64,000 nt of DNA from Candidatus Daviesbacteria bacterium. GTDB lineage: Bacteria; Patescibacteriota; Microgenomatia; Daviesbacterales; UBA10151. Under the pieces are notes generated by a model. It did no database searches, was not told the origin of the DNA, and saw nothing but the letters and a program-made list of their open reading frames with translations. Both the position numbers and the translations under genes were made by a program. Where the stretch lies: contig JACPZA010000002.1 in the NCBI GenBank assembly GCA_016195715.1, positions 43,246 through 107,245 on the forward strand, read 5' to 3'. Below are positions 20,747 to 30,758 of the stretch, piece after piece (positions within the stretch are counted from its first letter, which is position 1; each line of letters begins with the position of its first letter).

Positions 20747-21718
20747 TTATTTCAAAGTACTTCCCATTAATATTCCGTTAGCAAAGTAATAACCAGTATC
20801 ACTGTTAGGCAAAAGATCATAGGTTTTATCATCCCAATAAGGAATAAGAACCACATTTGTAATAGTTGAACCATCATAGCTTTGTCCTGGTTGCAGTTGC
20901 CAGACTTGTTCTCCATTCACTGCCGGATGATTCGGCGAAACCCAAAGTTGTCTATTATCAGCTAAAGATAAATGAATTACTTGGTGATTGTTTGGTACTT
21001 TTGTTGATGATACCCGCACAATATCGACTATAATTTTTTTACCCTGGCTGTTTTGTGAATATACCTTCATTCCAACCCTTAAATCAGTAACATTAATTTC
21101 ACCTTTGGGTGTAGAAATTTTGGTGTTTGAAACCAGACAAATGGGACAGTTTCTTGGCTGATCAGCCAACTCTTTAATCTGACAAAAATATCCAGGAGCT
21201 TCGTTATCCCCCTGTCTAACAACTGGCGGGCCACAACCCTGAACACATTTATAGCCAGTAGGACAACTGGTATCATCCAAACCACTGCAGCTGCCTTCAT
21301 TAATTTTACTGGTACATTTGTCTTCATGACATATCAATCCAGAATAACAATCACTGGTAGTTTGGCAAAAGCCACCCTCGCTTAATTTACAAATTCCTTT
21401 AATAACCTTAGTTGAGGGACTACAAGAAGCAACAGAAGGGGTAAAACTTGTCCCAGAAGTTACCTGTCCGCCTGGACAAACAACACTAGTACTCTCTATT
21501 ACCTGACATTTATAACCACTTAAACATTCTTCATCGGTTGTGCAATTTGAATTTTCTACTAAACTAGTCGGCGATGGAATTGAGGAGTTAATAGGGTTAA
21601 TGATGTTTTGATCTTTACCTATATTTTTAATATAGAATGACCCGGCAATTAAAGTCCCAGAGATTACCAAAACACCAATAATTAAAATAACAAGCGGTAT
21701 AAAGCCTTTTGGAGACAT
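20747..21718 (-). CDS. Cys-rich surface protein with pilin-like signal and C-terminal Hint domain
   Basis: MSPKG|FIPLV..; Cys-rich repeats; CLVSNTKISTPKG, VSPNHP, TYDL, YFANGIL. Confidence 0.85.
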   Translation of the reverse strand: MSPKGFIPLVILIIGVLVISGTLIAGSFYIKNIGKDQNIINPINSSIPSPTSLVENSNCTTDEECLSGYKCQVIESTSVVCPGGQVTSGTSFTPSVASCSPSTKVIKGICKLSEGGFCQTTSDCYSGLICHEDKCTSKINEGSCSGLDDTSCPTGYKCVQGCGPPVVRQGDNEAPGYFCQIKELADQPRNCPICLVSNTKISTPKGEINVTDLRVGMKVYSQNSQGKKIIVDIVRVSSTKVPNNHQVIHLSLADNRQLWVSPNHPAVNGEQVWQLQPGQSYDGSTITNVVLIPYWDDKTYDLLPNSDTGYYFANGILMGSTLK

Positions 21719-21829
21719 TAACTAAATATTGGCAGAATTAATTTGAGTTTACAAATGGCTGTTAAAAATTTTATTTATAAAACTCTGTACTCAATTTTAG
21801 GAGTGTGGGCAGATATTTTCTTTCCTGGT

Positions 21830-23441
21830 TTATGGCGTAACTATGAGCAAAGCCAGTTTACCATTAGCTAAATAGATCTTATCTAATATCTGTCCGCTTT
21901 TAAGATCCTTTTCCTCTAAACTCCAAGGTGATCCAATAAAAAGCACTCCAATTTTTTTACGATCGTACGCCCAATTAATTGCCCTGATTGTATATTTATC
22001 AAAATGAACAAAGTCTTGCTTAAAGTTTTTAACTTCCTGCTGATAAGTAGCCGGATCATATTTTGAATAAAATAATATATACATATGGGGTATACTTACA
22101 ACATCTCCAGCCTCAGTTCCTCTTTTAGGATCATAAACTACTTCCGAATATTGATCTTTATGAGAGATAGCATAAAGTACGCTCTCTTTTGTCCCTTCCA
22201 TAAAAGCTTCTCCTTTATCCTGAGGAAAGTGAACTGCAAAAACCAGGAAAGTCTGGGTAAGAATGATCAAAATAAAAATTATATAAAATATGCTGATGCC
22301 AAATCTTTTTACCCGAGTTTGTCTTTTAAGCCATTCAAAACAAGCAATCAGCCCTACTGAAATTACCGCCATCAAAGCTGGTACCACCAATAAACTTCTT
22401 CCTGCATCAGTCACGTTATTGGTTAAAGATGCGGGGATAAAACCTAACCCTATCCAGGTTAAGAAAAATTGATAATTTGAAACTTTATCTCTGATTAACT
22501 TTATAAATCCAACAACCAAAAAAGGTAATTCAAAAAGATATAGCACCCCGAGACCAAGGTTTCCTTGAGTCATATTCAAGCCATTAAAAAACAGAAACCC
22601 GCTTTGATAATAGGTTAAATATCGCTTGATCCAAAAAAATGGTAACAACAGATTTTCACTGGCCAAAGGATTTAAACCTGGACGGATGTGATCCAAAATC
22701 ACATAACGGGTGTATTCTATATCCTGAGTTAAAAACACCATTCCAACCCTAGTATTAGCCTGACCGAAGATACTCATAAATAATAATGGCAAAGAGAATA
22801 TAGTAGCTAAAGTCAAAAAACAAATTAGTACTTTCTTATTAATACTTTTATATTTAACAATCAGCCAAAACAAACAGTGGTATAAACACTCTCTGGGAAT
22901 GATAAGTGTAGACAGATATTGATAAAAAGAAAGCGCTCAGGATCCACCAAAGTTTTCCCTGATCAAGCATTTTTTGAAAAAACCAGGCTCCAATTATTAG
23001 GAAAAATAAACCCATTAAGTGATCTGAGGCAAATCGGCTATAGTAAATATGCCAAGGTGATATTGTAATCAACATACTACCTAACAAAGCTATTTTTTTC
23101 TTCTTTAGAACTGAACTAATTAAAAAATAAAGAAGCGGTATTGATAACGTCCCTGCTAAGGCCGAAGAAAATCTAACTGAGAACTCATTTAAACCGAATA
23201 AGTAAATTGATGGCACCATGGAATAAATTAAGATCGGATTTTTATAATCGCCAACTGATTTAAAAAATAGCGGTAAAAAATTGCCGTATTGGTCACGGCC
23301 GGTCTTTAATATTGAATAGGCATCATAACCATATGCAACTTCGTCAATGTTTAGACTAGGTGGATTACTCGTCAGATGGTAAAAACGCAAAAAGCCTCCA
23401 ACGCAGGTTAATAAAAATAGTAATAAAAATATCTTTTTCAT
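21830..23441 (-). pseudogene. GT-C (ArnT/PMT_2-like) glycosyltransferase, about 536 aa, split by a frameshift near 22870
   Basis: N-half LRFY.L..NPPSL.IDE.A.GYDAYSILKTGRD stops at ..FVLADC*; the +1 frame continues WLIVKYKS.. as ORF 21830..22873. Confidence 0.85.
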
Positions 23442-24579
23442 TGTTTATCAATTACAATATTTGATGCAGAGTTAGAAGATCTTTCATGTCTTATAAATTC
23501 TCTTTGATTGATATCAAATAGACCAACCACTAACTGAATACCCACTAAAAATAGACAAATTCTTAAAATTAATCTGGAGTTAAAGTTCTTTGAATTTAAC
23601 AACTTAGTTAAACCTAAAACTGTCATGTAAATAATGACTGGTTCAAACAAAACTAATCTGTTTAAATCGAGCGACCCTTTAGAGAGAAGCGACGGAATGA
23701 TTAAAACTAGGGATAAAAATAAATATTGTCTTAACTGTGAATCCGTTACTACAAATAAAATCCCAGACTAAACGGAAGTATAAAACCCAGCAATAATGGA
23801 GGCATTAAAGAGAATTTAAGCAACTTTTCTTGGGATGTAAAATAGGTTTGTGGCAATAAGTTTTGAGAGATTTTTAAAAATCCATATTTTAATAAATATT
23901 CATATTTATTCTCGCTGATCTTAGAAATTTTAGAAAACCCACCCTTTTGGGATTGCCCCTGGTATTGATTGTTCAGATTCATTTCTCCCTGGTCTAAAAA
24001 AAATATTTCCTGCTGAAAAATGCTTTTAATCCCCGCTTGATTAGACAGGCTCAGGAAAATTAATGGTAATAGTAACAAAAGAATTAAATTATAGATTTTT
24101 GCGGGTTTAAATAAGTTTATAGCCCTAGAGATTAATATAAATATAAACAGTGATATTCCTAAAGTGAGAGAGCTATAAAATATAACTACTGAACTTAAAA
24201 TAATTAAAATCTTACCCAACCTGCTTCTGTGTTGGGTTAACCCCAAAACTATCAGTAAAACAAAAGTTAAAAGATACAAATAAAAAGAGTTAGCTACCAA
24301 AAGATAAGCTGACCAGGGTGATAAACAAAAAACTAAAGAAGCTAGATAACTATATTTAGGATTAATTCTTTTAGATATTTGAAAAATTATCCAAGGGTTT
24401 GACAAAGCTAAAATCAGTTTTATCACAAATGGTACTTTGAGTGAATGGGCGATCAATTCAAAAAACAACAAACCCTGATCCTCATAGTGGATTGGATAAA
24501 ACGATCTTAAAACAAAGGCAAAAAAAATAATATAAAAACTAAACCCCAGGAGAAAAAATTTAAAAGACTCTTTTTTCAC
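23438..24579 (-). pseudogene. Divergent GT-C-like membrane protein, about 380 aa, split by a -1 frameshift near 23758
   Basis: ..PFSLGFYL* then the -1 frame is open (LFVVTDSQLRQYLFLSLVLIIPSLLSKGSLDLNRLVLFEPV..) into ORF 23438..23650. Confidence 0.75.
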
Positions 24580-24596
24580 TTACCCAAATTTTAACA

Positions 24597-27392
24597 CTAA
24601 TTAGGATAATGACATCTCTTATATTTTTTACCGGAACCGCACCAGCAGGGATCATTTCGGCCAGGCTTTTTGCTATTTCTTAGCGCTCCATCTCCTCCAT
24701 AAACATTTTGAGAAACTACTTCTCCAGCTCTCTCCACTGTTACTTTGGTTACAGGAGTGGTTTCAACAGTTTGGATTGATGTATTGAATATTTCATCATT
24801 ACTTGAACCCTCAACTTTTACTTTAGTCTGACCATTACTCCCTCGATTTTCAGGAACACTTGGCATAAGTTGGCCAATCTCTTCTAAAATTTCTTTTTCA
24901 TCGAGTGCTTCCTGATGAGTTTCAACAGCCTTGGAAATGTCTATTCCAGGAGAGATAGCAATTGGTTGTTGGTTTTCGACAGCTATCTTATAAATGCGGT
25001 GCACCACCTCTGAATCAATATTGGCAATTAATCTTTCAAACAGTTCAAACCCTTCCTTTTTATACTCTACTAATGGATCTCTTTGAGCATAGCCTCGAAG
25101 TCCTATCCCAGCTCTTAAATCATCCATAGTATCTAAATGCTCAATCCACAAAGTATCAATGGTATTTAAATAAACAAAGCTTTCCATTTGCCGGGCAATC
25201 TCCATTCCAACTTGTTTTTCTCTGGTTTCGTATAGGTCTTTTGCCAATTTAATTAAAAACTCACTAACTTGTTCACTGGATTTAATAGCTTCAAGTTGAG
25301 TTTTTAGACTTTTTTTAGAATTTTCATCAAAGGGAATAATGGCAGAAAATTCTTCAATAATTTTATCTAGATCAAAGCTTTCTTGAGTGTAAACAGCCAC
25401 AATATTATTAATCTCTGTCTCGATTTTTTGTAAAATATCGTCTTTTAATCCATTAGTATTTTTACTAGTAGCAGCTTCCAAAATTTGTTTTCTCACACCA
25501 TAAATAATTTGGCGCTGTTGGTTCATGACATCATCATATTCAACCGTGTGTTTTCGGATATCAAAATTATGTCCTTCAACTTTTTTCTGAGCTGATTCAA
25601 TGGCTTTAGAAACCAGAGCATTTTCAATTGGGACATTTTCTGGCATTTTCAAAAAATTCATCACTTTGGCGACTTGATCACCACCAAAAATCCTCATTAA
25701 ATCATCCTCAAGTGAGACAAAAAATTTAGAAGTTCCGGGATCGCCTTGACGACCAGATCTACCTCGCAGTTGATTATCAATTCGCCTTGACTCATGACGT
25801 TCTGTACCAATAACATAAAGTCCTCCCAACCCATCAACTCCTTTACCAAGCTGAATATCTACTCCTCGTCCGGCCAAATTTGTAGCTACAGTTACAGCAC
25901 CCTTTTGTCCAGCTAAAGAGATAATCTCAGCTTCTTTTTCATGATTCTTCGCATTCAACAGGGCATGTGAAACACCTTGTCTTTTTAAGAGCTCTGATAA
26001 AAACTCATTTTTTTCAATTGATGTAGTACCAACTAAAATTGGTTGTCCGCTTTCATGAACTTTAGCAATTTCATCAGCCACTGCGCTGTATTTAGCAGTT
26101 TGAGTTTTAAAAATAGCATCCGGGTAATCTTTTCTAACCATGGGTTTATTAGTTGGAATAATGACTACCTCAAGTTTATAGATTTTATGAAATTCCTCCG
26201 CCTCAGTAGCCGCAGTTCCAGTCATACCAGCTAATTTTTCATACATCCTAAAATAATTTTGGAAAGAGATAGTAGCTAAAGTTTGAGATTCTTGTTGAAT
26301 CGCCACCCCTTCTTTAGCTTCTATCGCTTGATGTAACCCTTCAGAGTATCTTCTTCCTGGCATAAGTCTTCCAGTAAACTCATCAACAATAATTACCTCA
26401 CCATCTTTAACTACATAATCTCGATCTTTCTGAAAAAGAGTTTGAGCTTTTAAAGATTCCTCTAAGTGGTGCAGCGTGGAAAAATCTTTTTCATATAAAT
26501 TATCTACTCCCAAAATTTTTTCAATTTTAATTGTGACATGTTCTGTTAAATGAGCAGTTCTTAACTTTTCATCAATCACAAAATCAGTTTCTGGAGAAAG
26601 TTTTTTTATTAATTCAGCAAATTTTAAATATTTTTCAGTTGGCTCTTGAGCTGGTGCTGAAATAATTAGCGGAGTTCTGGCCTCATCAATTAAAATAGAA
26701 TCAACCTCATCAACAATGGCAAAGTAGTTTCCCCGCTGAGCCTGTGCATCCAAAGTTAGAGCCATATTATCCCGAAGGTAGTCAAAGCCAAACTCATTAT
26801 TTGTGCCATAAGTAATATCAGCAGAATAAGCTTCTTTTCTAGAAATGGGCTTTAAGTGCTTTAACCGCACATCATGAGCTTCTTTGTTGGAGAATTTTGG
26901 ATCATATAAAAAAGCTTGTTCATGAATAATACAGGCTGTGGTTATTCCCAGCAGATGATAAATTGGTCCCATCCAACCACAATCTCTTCTTGCTAAATAA
27001 TCGTTTACTGTGACAACATGGACGCCTTTTTGGGTGAGGGCATTTAAATAAACTGCTGGAGCAGCAGATAGAGTTTTTCCTTCACCAGTTTTTTGCTCAG
27101 ATATTTTTCCAGAGTGCAGTGCAGCTGCTGACATTAACTGTACATCAAAAGGCCGCTGTTTATTAGTGCGCATTGATGCTTCACGAACTAGTGCAAAAGC
27201 TTCTGGAAGAATCTGATCAAGAGTTTCACCTTTTTTTAATCTATCCTTAAGCTTGTCAGTTTTTTCTTTTAACTGTTTGTCAGTTAATTTTTTAACTTTA
27301 GATTCAAAATCATTAATGCTTTTAACAACTTCTGATAAACGGTTGACCTCACGGGCATTGGCATCAAGAAGTTTACTAAATATGTTCAACAT
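24597..27392 (-). CDS. secA: Preprotein translocase ATPase SecA
   Basis: KTGEGKT, DEVDSILIDEARTPLIIS, RGRSGRQGDPG, SEC-C motif GRNDPCWCGSGKKYKRCH. Confidence 0.99.
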   Translation of the reverse strand: MLNIFSKLLDANAREVNRLSEVVKSINDFESKVKKLTDKQLKEKTDKLKDRLKKGETLDQILPEAFALVREASMRTNKQRPFDVQLMSAAALHSGKISEQKTGEGKTLSAAPAVYLNALTQKGVHVVTVNDYLARRDCGWMGPIYHLLGITTACIIHEQAFLYDPKFSNKEAHDVRLKHLKPISRKEAYSADITYGTNNEFGFDYLRDNMALTLDAQAQRGNYFAIVDEVDSILIDEARTPLIISAPAQEPTEKYLKFAELIKKLSPETDFVIDEKLRTAHLTEHVTIKIEKILGVDNLYEKDFSTLHHLEESLKAQTLFQKDRDYVVKDGEVIIVDEFTGRLMPGRRYSEGLHQAIEAKEGVAIQQESQTLATISFQNYFRMYEKLAGMTGTAATEAEEFHKIYKLEVVIIPTNKPMVRKDYPDAIFKTQTAKYSAVADEIAKVHESGQPILVGTTSIEKNEFLSELLKRQGVSHALLNAKNHEKEAEIISLAGQKGAVTVATNLAGRGVDIQLGKGVDGLGGLYVIGTERHESRRIDNQLRGRSGRQGDPGTSKFFVSLEDDLMRIFGGDQVAKVMNFLKMPENVPIENALVSKAIESAQKKVEGHNFDIRKHTVEYDDVMNQQRQIIYGVRKQILEAATSKNTNGLKDDILQKIETEINNIVAVYTQESFDLDKIIEEFSAIIPFDENSKKSLKTQLEAIKSSEQVSEFLIKLAKDLYETREKQVGMEIARQMESFVYLNTIDTLWIEHLDTMDDLRAGIGLRGYAQRDPLVEYKKEGFELFERLIANIDSEVVHRIYKIAVENQQPIAISPGIDISKAVETHQEALDEKEILEEIGQLMPSVPENRGSNGQTKVKVEGSSNDEIFNTSIQTVETTPVTKVTVERAGEVVSQNVYGGDGALRNSKKPGRNDPCWCGSGKKYKRCHYPN

Positions 27393-27481
27393 CGCAGGTT
27401 CTAATTATACACAAGGTTTGAGTTTGTTACCATTGACAAAGATTGACCCCAAAGAATAAACTAAACTAGTAATAAACTGCC

Positions 27482-28678
27482 ATGGATGATTCTGCCAACC
27501 CTAACAACACTTCCACCCTAAGTAATCCTGGGGATCAAGCCATCTCTAATCCTGAGGCTATTTCTCCTACTCCTCAAGCAGTTAGTGATTTCTCGGCTTC
27601 TCAAACAGCTGCTCCAATTGATCCTAATACTTTAACCCCAGCTCAACCTTCATCTCCCCCCCAATCTCCTCCTCAAACTTTATCTACGCCACCTCTAAGT
27701 GATGCTTCCTCATGGTCTACGCCATCATCCCCGGCCAATGAATCAACAAATGCTTTAAATGTTAATCCTACCTCTCCCGCTTTCAATTTCCCAAACCCTT
27801 CACCAACACCTCAACAAAATACACTACCAGAGCAACCTGCTCCGACATCCACATTACCTAGCTTTAACGATGTTTCTAATCCAACTCCTCCAAGTTCTAT
27901 CAGTGAACAACCAAATGCTTCAACGATTACTCCACTAGATTCAAACCCTAGTCTTTCTCAACCTCAAAGCGCTCCTAACCCCTTTGAACAAACTTCCCCT
28001 ATTTCTTTAGATCAAACTCCTCCTGTTACTCCAACACCGACCTTTGCTCCTGGAAATGAACTTTATCCAAGTAATCAATCAGCTTCTTTTGCATTTGATA
28101 CAGCAGTGGGAGCAAACCCTCCCAATCCTTTAGCTGAAGAAACAGTTCCATCTGCCCCACCAAGTCTAGAACAAACAGAACCTGCTCCTACTGATTTATC
28201 TCAATTGACAGCAAATGCTGGCGCTACTCCATCTACAGATATTTATAATCCAACTGTTTCTGCTCCTGAAACTTTAGTTGTTCCAGCTGAGCCAAATGCA
28301 ACTAACCCAACTGCAGTTTCGGCCATGCCTCATAAAACCTTGCCATTACCTGCAATAATTGGAGCAGTAATAGTTATACTAGCTGTAAGCGGCGCTTCGG
28401 GCTATTTTATCTTGGGGATAGGTAAAAACTCTCCGCCCTCAACTCCAACTTCTTTGCCTATTTCCAAACAAGCTCCTTTAACTAATCCACCTAAACAAAC
28501 TCCAACCTCAACACCAAATGTGAATCAACTTATTCAAAACCCTTCAATTTCAACTGGATCATCAAGTTTTGGAGCATTAAATGGTAGCGCTAGCCCAACC
28601 CCAACTCCTACCAAAGCTGCAACTTCTGCTGCTGATTTATTAAAAGCTAAACAAGCTAGCTCTTCTGCTACTCACTAG
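27482..28678 (+). CDS. Pro/Ser/Thr-rich disordered single-pass membrane protein
   Basis: Low-complexity composition, one TM near residues 290-312. Confidence 0.75.
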   Translation: MDDSANPNNTSTLSNPGDQAISNPEAISPTPQAVSDFSASQTAAPIDPNTLTPAQPSSPPQSPPQTLSTPPLSDASSWSTPSSPANESTNALNVNPTSPAFNFPNPSPTPQQNTLPEQPAPTSTLPSFNDVSNPTPPSSISEQPNASTITPLDSNPSLSQPQSAPNPFEQTSPISLDQTPPVTPTPTFAPGNELYPSNQSASFAFDTAVGANPPNPLAEETVPSAPPSLEQTEPAPTDLSQLTANAGATPSTDIYNPTVSAPETLVVPAEPNATNPTAVSAMPHKTLPLPAIIGAVIVILAVSGASGYFILGIGKNSPPSTPTSLPISKQAPLTNPPKQTPTSTPNVNQLIQNPSISTGSSSFGALNGSASPTPTPTKAATSAADLLKAKQASSSATH

Positions 28679-29924
28679 AATTTTTTGGAGAAATTTTGGC
28701 AAAACCAGTATATGAAACAAGTACTTCAGGAATTTTTACACTACCATCTGCTTGTTGAAAATTTTCTAAAATAGCGATTAAAGCTCTACTGATAGCAATT
28801 GCAGTTCCATTTAAAGTATGAACAAAATCTTTTTGACCATTTTTATCAAATTTTTCATTTAATCTCATGGCTTGATAATTGGTAGTATTAGAGGCTGAGG
28901 TGACTTCTCCATAGTCTCCTCTTCCAGGCATCCAGGCTTCAACATCAAACTTTCTATAAGCTGCCGCCCCCAAATCCCCAGCTGCAATATCAACTACCCT
29001 ATAAGGAATATTTAATTCCTGAAAGATTTTCTCTTCTAAGGAAAGAAGATATTGGTGCATTTTTTCTGAATCTTCTGGCAAGCAATAAATAAACATTTCT
29101 AATTTATCAAACTGATGAACTCTATATAAACCCTTTGAATGTTTCCCATATGCTCCTGCCTCTGTTCTAAAACAAGTTGAAAATCCTGCATATTTTAAGG
29201 GTAATTTTTCTGCAGGGATTGTTTCATCTTGATGGTAACCTCCTAAAGTAATTTCTGAGGTTCCAATTAGAGAAAGACCTTCTTCATCTAAACCATAAAC
29301 CTGTTTTTCTGGGCCTTTAGGAGCAAAACCAATACTTTCTAAAATAGAATTTTTAGCAATCTGTGGAGTAATCATAGGGATGAACCCCTCAGATTTTAAA
29401 ATATTTAAAACAAAGTGAATTAAGGCAAATTCTAAAAAAACTGCCTCATTTTTTAAATAATAAAATTTAGTTCCGGCTACTTTAGTACCTGCTTCAAAAT
29501 CGATTAGATTTAAATCTTTCCCAATTTGCTCATGATCTTTAGGGCTTTCTATTTCAGGTTTTTCTCCCCATTCCTTTAGGATTTTAAAATCTTCTTCAGC
29601 ACCTTCTGGGGAATCCGGAGAAACTAAATTAGGTAGTTTATTTAATAGTTCATTTAACTCTTCATTAATCTTTTTTAGAAGATCTTCAGCTATCTTAGCA
29701 TTTGCAGCAAGAGTACGCATATCTTGTCTTATTCTCTCAGTTGGCACACTAGAAGGAGTTTTCTCATTTATTTCTCGTTGTCTATTTTGTAAATCAGTTA
29801 GTTTCTTACTTTTTTCTTCAATCAACTTATCTAATTGATCTAATAGCTGGGTATCAAGTCCCCTTTTTCTCAAACTTATTAAGTATGCCTCTTTATTATT
29901 TTTATAAAAATTTACTAAACTCAT
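28668..29924 (-). CDS. serS: Seryl-tRNA synthetase
   Basis: LIGTSE, FRTEAG, GLYRVHQF.K.E, TLNGTA. Confidence 0.98.
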   Translation of the reverse strand: MSLVNFYKNNKEAYLISLRKRGLDTQLLDQLDKLIEEKSKKLTDLQNRQREINEKTPSSVPTERIRQDMRTLAANAKIAEDLLKKINEELNELLNKLPNLVSPDSPEGAEEDFKILKEWGEKPEIESPKDHEQIGKDLNLIDFEAGTKVAGTKFYYLKNEAVFLEFALIHFVLNILKSEGFIPMITPQIAKNSILESIGFAPKGPEKQVYGLDEEGLSLIGTSEITLGGYHQDETIPAEKLPLKYAGFSTCFRTEAGAYGKHSKGLYRVHQFDKLEMFIYCLPEDSEKMHQYLLSLEEKIFQELNIPYRVVDIAAGDLGAAAYRKFDVEAWMPGRGDYGEVTSASNTTNYQAMRLNEKFDKNGQKDFVHTLNGTAIAISRALIAILENFQQADGSVKIPEVLVSYTGFAKISPKNSSE

Positions 29925-29926
29925 AT

Positions 29927-30517
29927 TTATAATCCTAACTCACCAGAGATATTTTGCATGGCATCCAATGCAATTTTAACAAATTCTTCCAAAGGAATAT
30001 TTAATTCTTTTTCGCAAGCTAAAATTTGTTCTCTCTTGGCTCCAGCTGCAAAAGATTTTTGAGGAAACTTTTTTAAAACTGACTCAACTGTGACTGATGA
30101 TAACTTCTTGTCTGGTCTAACTAATGCGCAAGCTGTTATAAGTCCTGACAATTCATCAGCTGCATAAACTGACTTTTCTAAATAATTGTCTCTCGAATCT
30201 TTAATCCCATCATGGTGGGCTTTTATGCCTTGGATAATTCTTTCACTGACTTCTCCCAACTCTCTTAATTTTTGTTCAGTCACTAAGGTATGTTTAGTTG
30301 GATCTTTTTCTATTAGTTCATAATCGCCGTCATGAAGTAATCCAACAATTGCCCATTCTTCTTCATTAAATTCCTCTTTTGGTAAATCAAAGTGTTTCTT
30401 TTTTAAGAAATGACAAAGTGCTCTCATAATTGCTTCCACTGCAATTCCATGCTTTTGCAGATTTTTATTTTTAATCATCTCCGTCATTAATTTAGAAGCT
30501 TCGTCTCTGTTTATCAT
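29927..30517 (-). CDS. HD-domain phosphohydrolase
   Basis: KH..AVEA.M, GLLHD.DYE, ADELSGLI.A.ALVRP. Confidence 0.9.
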   Translation of the reverse strand: MINRDEASKLMTEMIKNKNLQKHGIAVEAIMRALCHFLKKKHFDLPKEEFNEEEWAIVGLLHDGDYELIEKDPTKHTLVTEQKLRELGEVSERIIQGIKAHHDGIKDSRDNYLEKSVYAADELSGLITACALVRPDKKLSSVTVESVLKKFPQKSFAAGAKREQILACEKELNIPLEEFVKIALDAMQNISGELGL

Positions 30518-30756
30518 ATAGATAGTGGTTTAGGTGAATAAAAGATAAAATAAATCTTACGAGAAGCCTCAGCCCATGACCAGAAAGCAAAATCCTGTAA
30601 GTTACAATAAGCTGTTTGAGGTGCTAGAAAATCTCCTCGCAATTTGTAACCACAAGGTAATAACTGACTTTTACTAAGAGCAAAAGAAACAAGTATGATG
30701 GCAGCACTTATTAGTAGTGCAACTGTAATCAATTTACTCTTTAAAAATTTTTGCAT
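30514..30756 (-). CDS. Small membrane-anchored hypothetical protein
   Basis: N-terminal TM; tightly packed in the lysS-serS operon. Confidence 0.6.
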   Translation of the reverse strand: MQKFLKSKLITVALLISAAIILVSFALSKSQLLPCGYKLRGDFLAPQTAYCNLQDFAFWSWAEASRKIYFIFYSPKPLSI

Positions 30757-30758
30757 TT

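Noticed and set aside
27482-28678. Repeat array or DGR variable region in the Pro/Ser-rich gene
   Set aside because: Only low-complexity coding sequence; no regular DNA repeat and no reverse transcriptase in the window
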